61,958 bases of DNA from a virus: the IMG/VR virus record IMGVR_UViG_3300025759_000095; one strand, given 5' to 3'. The translations under genes and the position numbers were made by a program. The stretch's first letter is position 1; each line of letters begins with the position of its first letter. The notes under the pieces are model-generated. The model had not been told where the DNA came from. It searched no databases and was given only the letters and a program-made list of their open reading frames with translations. Shown here piece by piece: positions 52,836-60,580 of the stretch.

Positions 52836-55143
52836 ACGAAACCAACCATTGATAAAACTTTACTCGTGATACAGTCATCTTTGCCTTGGGGGCAAAGTCA
52901 GGATTGTCTTGTATGAAATCTATATATAACTCATGCTTGTAAAGCTTTTCATTAAACCTTAATTTGTCAGAACCTGGTGTGCCTGTTAGCAAACCACACC
53001 ACTCAATAAACTCATGACAGGTTTCCGCAGATAACTTTCTAATCTTAAGGTTTACAAATTCACTTTTAATCAACCCGTTTTTTAAATATAGTTGTAAGGA
53101 TTCAATCATGTAGTTGTCAAATGCACACCATTCATTCTCATTCCAATCACCAAAAAATAATTTTCCAAACTCCATGTAAGGAGTATTGGTGGTTGTGTAA
53201 TGTTGTTTAAATTCCAACTCCCACTTTCTCCTTTCAAAACTTTGACCAGCTCCTTTCACAGCATAGTTAGTTGTAAGAATAAGTTTTGGAGATTTTTCAA
53301 ATGGTATTTTAATAGCGTCTTTGTTTTTCTTTTCTAATGTAATACCTTCTGTAACAACACTAAACAATCTTTCAAATTCAAAATGTTTTTTTATATCATC
53401 AAAGCATAAAAGCTGAGTGTCAGCAGAGACTAACTGATATGCAAAGGATCTTTCAAAGGCAAAAGCCTTACCATCTATTATAACTAATTTTTTCATTTGA
53501 CCTAAAGCGTTGACTAACAACGACTTACCCGTACCGCCATTGGGTTGATCTGAAATCACCTCATCATTTAGAATGACAGCTGGTGAATACGATAGGTTTT
53601 TATGACCATGTAGTAAATAGCCCAGGGTACTTTCCATAGATTTTATTCTCACTGCATCTGTACTACATACATTAGAAATAAAAGTTTTAAAATCGCAATG
53701 CGTATCCTCACACTCCTTATAAGTCCTGTGTATGACATGATCCTTCCAAACAAATCCTTCAAGATCTAAGTAATCAATTATAGTTGTTGTTTCTTTATCA
53801 ATTTTAACTGCACAATTTTGAAAATATAAATATGCTGTATCCTTGGTGTCTGCTATAAAGTAGACATCAACTGATTTTAACATTGACAAGAAGTCGTCTT
53901 TGAAATACCTGGTCTTGTCAGCAAAAAAATTATACACTGATTTATCTTCTAATGAATCTAAGTATTGTAAAACAAAATCTTTAATCTCATCCTCACTTGT
54001 ATGGTCAATCAAATTGTTTTCAACTCTTACAAATATAGAGCTCTTGCTACCTTCAGGCGTATATTTATAAAAACCGTTAAGGTGTAGAAAGTCTCTAAAT
54101 AAATTATGTATGATAGTTATCTTACCTTTTTCACTTTTGTGCCAAAAAATTTTATTAGAACTTTTAGTATCAAAATCATATATGATTTGATCAATAGCTT
54201 CAGTGCTTACGTTCTGTGATTTTAAGAATTGTCTTACTTGTTGCTTAGACTCTCCGCTTTTTAATTTTTTTTTTACGTTATTTATTTTTGATTCATCTTC
54301 GTAAAACTTAGTTCCAAAGTTTGATACGTTTCGATAAGCCGAGTCAATGGTGGTTTGTATTTCAACAGCAGAAAATGAAGAGCTTTCAAAATCTTTCATA
54401 ATATATTCTGCTAAATTTTTATTAACTCCAAAGTCATTAAAGGCGGCGGCCAGTATATATACATTATTATTTCTTTCACCTTCAATCAATCCATACTTTT
54501 TTACCCACCACTTCATTAGTATTTCCACAATTTTATTTTCATTCTTAATTGGAAACACCGGAACACTTGTATAGGTATTTTTTTCTTCAAAGTCTTCCTC
54601 TATTATCTCATCAAATACTTTGCTATCTTCATTTATATATATAAAAGGGTCATATGATTCGTAACATACTCTACTTATATTTTTACTAGTTGAATCAAAA
54701 TATTCATTATTAAATTGTTTCGATAATGCTTTGAAATAATTTGTGTGATTGTCAGGGTCTATTGGAACTTTAATTAAAACTTTTAATCCGTAACCACTAG
54801 GAGAATGAAATGCACTGTGCACAAATTCATTGTCCATTAAAGATATTTTATAATCTTCTAAATCTTTTTTTGTTTTAAATCCATCAAAGTCTAAGCATAT
54901 TATACCGCTATACTCAACCAATGAATCGTCATTTCTTTTTTGAAACTTACCAGAAAAACATATTGCTGGTAGTTCTTGCTTTAATAAATTTCTTTTTGTT
55001 TTATCTTTTTCTTTACGAATTCTTTGAATCAAATCTTTTGACTTACCTAACTCAATCCTTTGAAGAATGAAAGAGAGTGGTCGGTAAAAAGGAGTAGAAG
55101 TATCCTTTATGTTTTTAAATATTGTTATTTCTATTTGATTCAA
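52714..55143 (-). CDS. Primase-helicase (BT4734/VirE-like N-terminal primase-type region + P-loop D5/P4-type helicase), 809 aa
   Basis: The N-terminus (FKNIKDTSTPFYRP..FILQRI..GKSKDLI..IR......KRN.LK.ELPAICFSGKF..R.D.SL.EYSGIICLDFD) resembles Bacteroidota VirE/BT4734-type primase N-domains. Walker A PNGGTGKSLL and Walker B-like LLCFDDI lie in the C-terminal half. Confidence 0.75.
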   Translation of the reverse strand: MNQIEITIFKNIKDTSTPFYRPLSFILQRIELGKSKDLIQRIRKEKDKTKRNLLKQELPAICFSGKFQKRNDDSLVEYSGIICLDFDGFKTKKDLEDYKISLMDNEFVHSAFHSPSGYGLKVLIKVPIDPDNHTNYFKALSKQFNNEYFDSTSKNISRVCYESYDPFIYINEDSKVFDEIIEEDFEEKNTYTSVPVFPIKNENKIVEILMKWWVKKYGLIEGERNNNVYILAAAFNDFGVNKNLAEYIMKDFESSSFSAVEIQTTIDSAYRNVSNFGTKFYEDESKINNVKKKLKSGESKQQVRQFLKSQNVSTEAIDQIIYDFDTKSSNKIFWHKSEKGKITIIHNLFRDFLHLNGFYKYTPEGSKSSIFVRVENNLIDHTSEDEIKDFVLQYLDSLEDKSVYNFFADKTRYFKDDFLSMLKSVDVYFIADTKDTAYLYFQNCAVKIDKETTTIIDYLDLEGFVWKDHVIHRTYKECEDTHCDFKTFISNVCSTDAVRIKSMESTLGYLLHGHKNLSYSPAVILNDEVISDQPNGGTGKSLLVNALGQMKKLVIIDGKAFAFERSFAYQLVSADTQLLCFDDIKKHFEFERLFSVVTEGITLEKKNKDAIKIPFEKSPKLILTTNYAVKGAGQSFERRKWELEFKQHYTTTNTPYMEFGKLFFGDWNENEWCAFDNYMIESLQLYLKNGLIKSEFVNLKIRKLSAETCHEFIEWCGLLTGTPGSDKLRFNEKLYKHELYIDFIQDNPDFAPKAKMTVSRVKFYQWLVSYGMYATGVNPEEGRDSKSRWILFNDETKQITDEARSQLDF

Positions 55144-55238
55144 TTGTTATGATTTAATAAAAGGGATGCAAGTTAGTGTAACTTAATTGTGATGCATCAC
55201 AGTTTCCTATTTCTTACATCCCTAATGATTAACTAAAT

Positions 55239-55499
55239 TTAGAAGTCGATTGATAAATCATCTTCTGGTGTGCCCACACTCGGTACCGTTTGTTCTTCTT
55301 TTGGTTTTGGCTTTTCAAAGTTCATACTTAAATAACTTTTTTTCCCATCTTTCGATTTATTAACCCAGGCAGAAATTCTCCAATCTACACCATTGGGATC
55401 TTTGCATGACCCAGTATAATGCGGTTGATTGTTTTCATCAGTTCTGTATGAATTTACTATCAAACTACCTTTACCTTCTTTGTGTACGTATTCACTCAT
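55239..55499 (-). CDS. Small OB-fold-like protein with SSB-type acidic C-terminal tip (86 aa), putative ssDNA-binding protein
   Basis: KGSLIVNSYRTDENNQPHYTGSCKDPNGVDWRISAWVNKSKDGKKSYLSMNFEKP follows the G.L..N.......P.Y.G......G......AW.K....G..YLS pattern. The C-terminus PEDDLSIDF resembles the bacterial SSB tip DDDIPF. The gene is adjacent to the annealase/exonuclease genes. Confidence 0.4.
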   Translation of the reverse strand: MSEYVHKEGKGSLIVNSYRTDENNQPHYTGSCKDPNGVDWRISAWVNKSKDGKKSYLSMNFEKPKPKEEQTVPSVGTPEDDLSIDF

Positions 55500-55582
55500 G
55501 GTTTTATTTTTATGTTACGTTCCAATACATCCATTAAGGTTAAGATAATATCTGTCTTATCCTCTTTTGATTTGCAGGTCAT
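55496..55582 (-). CDS. Possible leader mini-ORF (28 aa)
   Basis: My own translation: MTCKSKEDKTDIILTLMDVLERNIKIKP. The stop overlaps the next ATG (ATGA), and a TAAATTTG box lies 20 nt upstream. Confidence 0.2.
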   Translation of the reverse strand: MTCKSKEDKTDIILTLMDVLERNIKIKP

Positions 55583-55602
55583 TGGAACTTTAACCCACAA
55601 TT

Positions 55603-55610
55603 CAAATTTA
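55603..55610 (-). promoter_or_regulatory. Candidate -7 promoter box (TAAATTTG on minus strand)
   Basis: Plus-strand caaattta is TAAATTTG on the minus strand. It sits in the 129-nt intergenic gap upstream of the SSB-like gene. Confidence 0.3.
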
Positions 55611-55628
55611 TTTTTCTGGTAGAACCAA

Positions 55629-56360
55629 TTATAAATCTTGTTCCACATAGAATGTTTCGTTTCCGATTACATATTTATTATAATAATCTATTGCCTGTAA
55701 TACTTTGTCTTCTCCATGCTGTCTTGCCCAGTCAGATGAAACCTGAAACTTGCCAAGTATTTTATTTTTTTTACACACAACAAAGAATAACATTGGTTTG
55801 CCAAACATTTTTTCATACAACCACGCCTGACATGAGTAATAGTAGTCTGTAAAACTATACTTAAACCTATGTATGTTACTGGTTGTCTTTAAATCTATGA
55901 TATGATGAGGAGAAATTACATCGGCTTTTCCTTTCCAAATTGTATTCTGAATTTTAATCAGCCCTGGCTTTTCATACTCATTTTGATCGTCATATATATA
56001 TGGTGCAAACTCATCATTGCTTTGCATTATGTTTGCCAACTCCATTGCCAACTCACTTTCTTCGATAGTTAAAATCTTTTTATTAGATTTCCATGCCTCT
56101 TCAAATTTTTTAGTCCGTCTTGATTTCACATCAATAAAATCGTATAGCTTTGCTTTGTATGGCTCTAGCATCAACGCATGAAAATAAATTCCAAACTCAA
56201 AATTAGCAATAGACAAATGATCATGATCTACTTTCTTATAAAATTCGTAGGGAGCGTTAAGTATCGTACCTATTTTAGATTGAGATAGGTACTGACTTCC
56301 GAACTCACCATAGTAGTCCTCATCATTCTCAAGTCTTTTAAGAATTTCTTCTTCTGTCAT
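55629..56360 (-). CDS. PD-(D/E)XK family exonuclease (RecB/Cas4/YqaJ-like), 243 aa
   Basis: Core motifs GKADVISPHHIIDLKTTS (D...(D/E)xK) and a downstream YYYSCQAWLYEKMFG (QxxxY). The gene lies directly upstream of the annealase gene. Confidence 0.7.
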   Translation of the reverse strand: MTEEEILKRLENDEDYYGEFGSQYLSQSKIGTILNAPYEFYKKVDHDHLSIANFEFGIYFHALMLEPYKAKLYDFIDVKSRRTKKFEEAWKSNKKILTIEESELAMELANIMQSNDEFAPYIYDDQNEYEKPGLIKIQNTIWKGKADVISPHHIIDLKTTSNIHRFKYSFTDYYYSCQAWLYEKMFGKPMLFFVVCKKNKILGKFQVSSDWARQHGEDKVLQAIDYYNKYVIGNETFYVEQDL

Positions 56361-56419
56361 GACTTTCTAATATTAGATTTATGTTTGATTTCATTATCCA
56401 ATCTGTCTTTTGCTCTATT

Positions 56420-57073
56420 TTATTTAACAGATTTTGTATTTCCTTTAACTTTTTCTTGTTCATTTTTAATTTTGTTGAGTTCTTGTTTTAATTTTTTTAA
56501 TGTAGCTACATCAGGATTATGTCTTTTCTTTACCTGTGCCATAACTGATTCAATACTATGCTCCATGTTTTGCTTATATACTTTTAAAGTATTTGAAAAC
56601 TTTTCTGAGCCATACATATATGCATCACCAATCTTTTCAACCTTGACAGGTTTTACTGCAATTACTTTATCGCTAACATCAACCAGATCTTCCCCCGCCC
56701 ACAATGACAATCCTAATCCATGCATTGCAATTGCTTTTACCGTACTTCTTTGTATGGTTTTATTGACATGAAACGAACTAACTCTATCAATTGTAAGTGA
56801 GTTGTTTCTATTATCCATGACAGGAAGATAATCAATATGCTCTATGTCATTGATCGTAACACCTACTTTAACGTAAGCTGTTTTTCCGTCAGTAAAATAA
56901 TTTAAACCTGTGTGTTCACTTTCGTAAACCTTTCTTGTGCTATCAGGATATTTATCTTTAACTATTGCCCAAGCATATGCCCAAGACAAATAACTAAATC
57001 CCCCTTTGCTTTTTAACTTATCGTCTATACTTATAGCCGTAAGCTCTTTAAACGTTGATTTCATTTTTCCCAT
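56420..57073 (-). CDS. Rad52-family single-strand annealing protein (Sak-like), 217 aa
   Basis: The N-terminal GGFSYLSWAYAWAIVKDKYPD matches the (Y)LSWA.AW motif I associate with Sak/DUF1071 annealases. Gene context (exonuclease plus SSB-like protein) supports the call. Confidence 0.6.
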   Translation of the reverse strand: MGKMKSTFKELTAISIDDKLKSKGGFSYLSWAYAWAIVKDKYPDSTRKVYESEHTGLNYFTDGKTAYVKVGVTINDIEHIDYLPVMDNRNNSLTIDRVSSFHVNKTIQRSTVKAIAMHGLGLSLWAGEDLVDVSDKVIAVKPVKVEKIGDAYMYGSEKFSNTLKVYKQNMEHSIESVMAQVKKRHNPDVATLKKLKQELNKIKNEQEKVKGNTKSVK

Positions 57074-57473
57074 TATTAATTAATTTTTCTTTATGATTTT
57101 TTGCGTGAAGAAATTTTTGTAACACCTTACTCCTCATTTCTTTTAATGCGTTGAAATGTCTTGCGTTATTTCTTATGTTAATTTCTAGTTGAATTTTGTT
57201 TGTTATTCTTTGTAAGCTATTTTGAAGGTTGTCGGTCATGACATTGTAAACTCCATACTCAAAGCCGTAGGCTTCAAACATTTCATATTGATCTTCAGTT
57301 ATTTCCTGATAGAAATCTCCTTTCATCTTAGTATTAAATATTCTGTACAACCCATCACACTTCATAATCTTTATACCTTTATATATATATGAGTCGCATT
57401 CTCTATCCATTACAGATGCAATGCCGTGTTGCTTACTTGCCTGTTCCCAAACCTCTTTCCTAGTCATTCGCAA
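57048..57473 (-). CDS. Hypothetical protein (141 aa)
   Basis: ORF overlapping both neighbours by 14-26 nt. No motif recognised. Confidence 0.5.
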   Translation of the reverse strand: MRMTRKEVWEQASKQHGIASVMDRECDSYIYKGIKIMKCDGLYRIFNTKMKGDFYQEITEDQYEMFEAYGFEYGVYNVMTDNLQNSLQRITNKIQLEINIRNNARHFNALKEMRSKVLQKFLHAKNHKEKLINNGKNEINV

Positions 57474-57753
57474 TATTATTTATTAATTCTTTCCAATCAG
57501 GATCCGAATTAATTAACTCCTCCATTTTTGCTTTACCTCTAGTGATTTGGCTATCATCTAAGTCTAGTCCGTATTCTCTACATCTATCTAAGATGAAATT
57601 GCCTCGCATATTTCTTTGCGAACACAGGTAAAATAATAAATCTCTTGCCTCAACATTCTCTCTTTTTCTTGTTTTAGTGAAAATGTCATCTTTAGAAATT
57701 TCAAGTGCGTCTTCCACTACTTCAACGTACTTGTCAAATATTTTTCTTTTCAT
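57460..57753 (-). CDS. DnaA domain IV-like helix-turn-helix DNA-binding protein (97 aa)
   Basis: IFTKTRKRENVEARDLLFYLCSQRNM....I parallels the DnaA C-terminal pattern (S..R...(I/V)..R(Q)IAMYL.RE.T..S...IG). Confidence 0.4.
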   Translation of the reverse strand: MKRKIFDKYVEVVEDALEISKDDIFTKTRKRENVEARDLLFYLCSQRNMRGNFILDRCREYGLDLDDSQITRGKAKMEELINSDPDWKELINNIAND

Positions 57754-57810
57754 TTAATTAAATTTAATTCAAGCAAAATACAATTATTTTGCAACAAGAC
57801 AAAATTTATA

Positions 57811-57954
57811 TTACATTAAATCTGCCTCAAAACATGCATCAGAACAATAACCTTTGCGGTCTATTGGTTTTTCGCAATGCATACAGGTATGTTCTGGCTC
57901 ATTCCAACCTCTGTGGTCATGTTCTTGCCAGACTAACCAATTATCGTAATCCAT
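57811..57954 (-). CDS. Small zinc-ribbon-like protein (47 aa from internal start)
   Basis: MDYDNWLVWQEHDHRGWNEPEHTCMHCEKPIDRKGYCSDACFEADLM contains CxxC...CxxxC. The longer track ORF (to 58014) would overlap the upstream gene heavily. Confidence 0.4.
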   Translation of the reverse strand: MDYDNWLVWQEHDHRGWNEPEHTCMHCEKPIDRKGYCSDACFEADLM

Positions 57955-58160
57955 AGTTGATATATAAAATAAATTAATACAATACTTATACTGCCTAGAA
58001 TACTTATTGCACAACCTGTCGTATCTTTCCCTCTTTCTATCTTTCTTTCCGTTCGGATTCGTATAGTTTTAAGATCACGAATAATCTGTTGCATCTTTTT
58101 TCTATCCCTTGTATCAATTAAGTCTAATGATTGTTGAAGGGTTTGGATTATTTTTTTCAT
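57933..58160 (-). CDS. Hypothetical protein with C-terminal TM segment (75 aa)
   Basis: A charged helical N-terminus is followed by the hydrophobic tail CAISILGSISIVLIYFIYQLWITIIG. Confidence 0.4.
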   Translation of the reverse strand: MKKIIQTLQQSLDLIDTRDRKKMQQIIRDLKTIRIRTERKIERGKDTTGCAISILGSISIVLIYFIYQLWITIIG

Positions 58161-58369
58161 AGCTCATCATCATTGTCAAAGTTTTCTTCATATTCCTCAT
58201 CTCCGTCAGCATAACCGCATGCCTCTGCATCAACATTTCTATTTACTTGAGCTACATATTGTCCGTAAGTCCTGAACCAATCTAATTCGCTAGATAGTTT
58301 TTCGTTTTCCTCTTGCAATGCTTTAATCATTTGCATGTATTGTTGTATTAAGTCTTCAGTTCCTGTCAT
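58157..58369 (-). CDS. Small acidic protein (70 aa)
   Basis: The ORF ends in an acidic tail (DGDEEYEENFDNDDEL). Its stop overlaps the next start (ATGA). Confidence 0.5.
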   Translation of the reverse strand: MTGTEDLIQQYMQMIKALQEENEKLSSELDWFRTYGQYVAQVNRNVDAEACGYADGDEEYEENFDNDDEL

Positions 58370-58384
58370 GGTTTCTAATTTTAT

Positions 58385-58597
58385 TTATAATCTATCTTTT
58401 AATCTTGAGTAAACAATGTTTGCTAACTTTTCAGCTTGATCAATATGTAGGTCATGACCAAAGTCATCATATATTCTCTGCATCATTACTTGTTCAGAAA
58501 TATAGTCTACAATTCCATCAGCACATTCTTCTATTTTTTGTCTGATGTTATTTACTTCTCGTGTTTTTAATTCGCACGTTAATAATTTTACTTTCAT
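58385..58597 (-). CDS. Hypothetical protein (70 aa)
   Basis: ORF in the early arm. No motif recognised. Confidence 0.45.
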   Translation of the reverse strand: MKVKLLTCELKTREVNNIRQKIEECADGIVDYISEQVMMQRIYDDFGHDLHIDQAEKLANIVYSRLKDRL

Positions 58598-58629
58598 TTT
58601 TTATTGGTGTTACGTTAGCTTTAAGATAC

Positions 58630-58683
58630 TCCCCCTCTACAATTATGATGAAAATTAACTATTTATTATGAAAAAGAGGGGGA
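58630..58683. repeat. 9-bp perfect inverted repeat (tccccctct / agaggggga) with 36-nt spacer
   Basis: tccccctct (58630..58638) and agaggggga (58675..58683) are G/C-rich arms in a very AT-rich intergenic gap. The spacer contains two related units (ttatgatgaaaat / ttattatgaaaaa). Confidence 0.8.
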
Positions 58684-58735
58684 AATATCAACTAACAATT
58701 AAACTAAACATATCATGAAAATCACAATAATTCTT

Positions 58736-59098
58736 TTATAATTCTGCTGAGTAATAAAGAGTATCTAAGTCGGTATGCTTATCAAACCATTCTTTCATCT
58801 TTAACCCTAATCTATAATCAGCGTATTGTTTTAAGTCTGTGTCTGATACATTATATTCTTCCATGGTCTCATGATTATAAGAATTATGATCATCAAACAT
58901 TTTATTTACTTTATCAACAGAGCCTGTTTTTAATATACTTTCTAATTCTTTTTCTATTTTATCATACTGCTCTCTATTGACAGAGTATTCAATAAAATAA
59001 GATTCTTGTTCAGTGGCTCCAAATCTTTCTCCAGCATCACTTGGCTGGACAGCAAACATAAACTTTCCGTTTATATCGCCTGAATAATATCTTCCCAT
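58736..59098 (-). CDS. Hypothetical protein (120 aa)
   Basis: ORF with natural composition. No motif recognised. Confidence 0.55.
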   Translation of the reverse strand: MGRYYSGDINGKFMFAVQPSDAGERFGATEQESYFIEYSVNREQYDKIEKELESILKTGSVDKVNKMFDDHNSYNHETMEEYNVSDTDLKQYADYRLGLKMKEWFDKHTDLDTLYYSAEL

Positions 59099-59184
59099 AG
59101 TTATTTTTTTAATTGAGTTATAAATGTAATGTATTTGTAACTTGTTTGCAAGTTTTTTTTAATAAATTTTATTTTTATTGGTTA

Positions 59185-59319
59185 TTATCTTTCCAATTCA
59201 CTTTCTTCAGCATATTCAATCCAATCTTGATCTTCCCAATCTTCCCAATTTGGAAAATCAAAAATGAACATTCCATTGTTTAAGTAGTATTCTTTTATTT
59301 CTTCTACTGATAAATTCAT
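59185..59319 (-). CDS. Small acidic ORF (44 aa)
   Basis: My own translation: MNLSVEEIKEYYLNNGMFIFDFPNWEDWEDQDWIEYAEESELER. It shares the TAACTATGAA start context with neighbouring genes. Confidence 0.35.
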   Translation of the reverse strand: MNLSVEEIKEYYLNNGMFIFDFPNWEDWEDQDWIEYAEESELER

Positions 59320-59321
59320 AG

Positions 59322-59531
59322 TTATTTATTTAATTTATTATTTCTTTCTTCTTTTGTTTTATACCATTCAACATGGATAATGTCATGGTCAAACATATGG
59401 TCGGTGTTTAAATCCTCAACAGGAATATCAAAATAATATATTCCATACAACAAACCATTGTTATTGTCTTCTTTATCAATTCTTTGTTGATGATAATGAA
59501 CGCCCATTGCTACTAATTGTGTTTCTTTCAT
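59322..59531 (-). CDS. Hypothetical protein (69 aa)
   Basis: ORF with the conserved junction start context. Confidence 0.5.
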   Translation of the reverse strand: MKETQLVAMGVHYHQQRIDKEDNNNGLLYGIYYFDIPVEDLNTDHMFDHDIIHVEWYKTKEERNNKLNK

Positions 59532-59537
59532 AGTTAT

Positions 59538-59798
59538 TTATTTTATTGCTTGACTTATTACTTCCATAGCTTTATATTTTCTTATATATTCTACTTCAGT
59601 TTGATTATTTAGCCAATAATTGACACTGCCTTTTATTGCATCATTCCATGACCATTCCAAATAATTAGAAGCTTCTTTTTCTTTATGTTTTTTCAAATAG
59701 TTATAAAGCTTTTTAAATTCTTGAATTGATTTTTTATCTAAATTGTAATAAGTATATCTATTTGCTTTTAGTTTTGGTAAATAATGTTTTACTTTCAT
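59538..59798 (-). CDS. Hypothetical protein (86 aa)
   Basis: ORF with the conserved junction start context. Confidence 0.5.
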   Translation of the reverse strand: MKVKHYLPKLKANRYTYYNLDKKSIQEFKKLYNYLKKHKEKEASNYLEWSWNDAIKGSVNYWLNNQTEVEYIRKYKAMEVISQAIK

Positions 59799-59804
59799 AG
59801 TTAT

Positions 59805-59975
59805 TTAATTTTTAGTTATTGATAATCTTATTTCGTTTTGAGTTTGGTTTATTGCTACACAATCAATATAAAATTCGTATAAATCCTCATAAGCTGTCAT
59901 ATCAAAAACTTCAACACATACAATATCATTGTTATTGTATTGTTTTAATTGCTTTATTAATTCTTTTACTTTCAT
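59805..59975 (-). CDS. Small ORF (56 aa)
   Basis: My own translation: MKVKELIKQLKQYNNNDIVCVEVFDMTAYEDLYEFYIDCVAINQTQNEIRLSITKN. It fills the gap exactly and has the conserved junction context at both ends. Confidence 0.4.
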   Translation of the reverse strand: MKVKELIKQLKQYNNNDIVCVEVFDMTAYEDLYEFYIDCVAINQTQNEIRLSITKN

Positions 59976-59980
59976 AGTTA

Positions 59981-60199
59981 TTAATTATTTAAATTATTAT
60001 CATGAAATTCTTTCATGACTTCTTCTTTTGTTTCGTGCCACAATCCGACATAATCATTCTTTATTCCTTGCAATTGATAAAGTGATTTATTATTATAATG
60101 GTCAAATCCTTGAAATATTTTATATCCCTCTAGAAATAAATAATCATCAAATAATGTTCTATATTTTTTCTTTTGTTCTACTCCTAAAAATCTTTTCAT
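59981..60199 (-). CDS. Hypothetical protein (72 aa)
   Basis: ORF in the early arm. No motif recognised. Confidence 0.5.
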   Translation of the reverse strand: MKRFLGVEQKKKYRTLFDDYLFLEGYKIFQGFDHYNNKSLYQLQGIKNDYVGLWHETKEEVMKEFHDNNLNN

Positions 60200-60208
60200 A
60201 ATATTAAT

Positions 60209-60442
60209 TTAAATTGAGTTTATTAATTTGAAATATGTTTCCTTACTATCAATAAAGTATTGTTTGTCATTTACATTATATATATATCCGTAAATTTCAC
60301 CTGATTTTTTTAAATCAATAAAAGCATATTTATATTGATAGTTGTTTTTTATTTCTTTAATGTTAGTTCCCATATATAATTCTTTTAATGTCTTCTGATT
60401 TATAATTTCTTTGTTTAGGGTAATTGATATATCTGGTTTCAA
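60209..60442 (-). CDS. Hypothetical protein (77 aa; start may be the internal ATG at 60373)
   Basis: Overlaps the upstream ORF by 80 nt with the first ATG, but only 11 nt with the internal start (MGTNIKEIK...). Confidence 0.4.
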   Translation of the reverse strand: MKPDISITLNKEIINQKTLKELYMGTNIKEIKNNYQYKYAFIDLKKSGEIYGYIYNVNDKQYFIDSKETYFKLINSI

Positions 60443-60578
60443 TGTCCCTAGCTTTTAATATTTCCTCATTCCATAACCTTTGATCTATTTTATAATAAGT
60501 ATAAAACACACCGGAAAAGAAACAGAATCCGCCCAACAAGGCACAACATATTAAACGCTCTAATGTTTTAGTTTTCAT
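60363..60578 (-). CDS. Small membrane-anchored protein (71 aa)
   Basis: N-terminal hydrophobic segment LICCALLGGFCFFSGVFYTYY, with the conserved TAACTATGAA start context. Confidence 0.4.
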   Translation of the reverse strand: MKTKTLERLICCALLGGFCFFSGVFYTYYKIDQRLWNEEILKARDIETRYINYPKQRNYKSEDIKRIIYGN

Positions 60579-60580
60579 AG

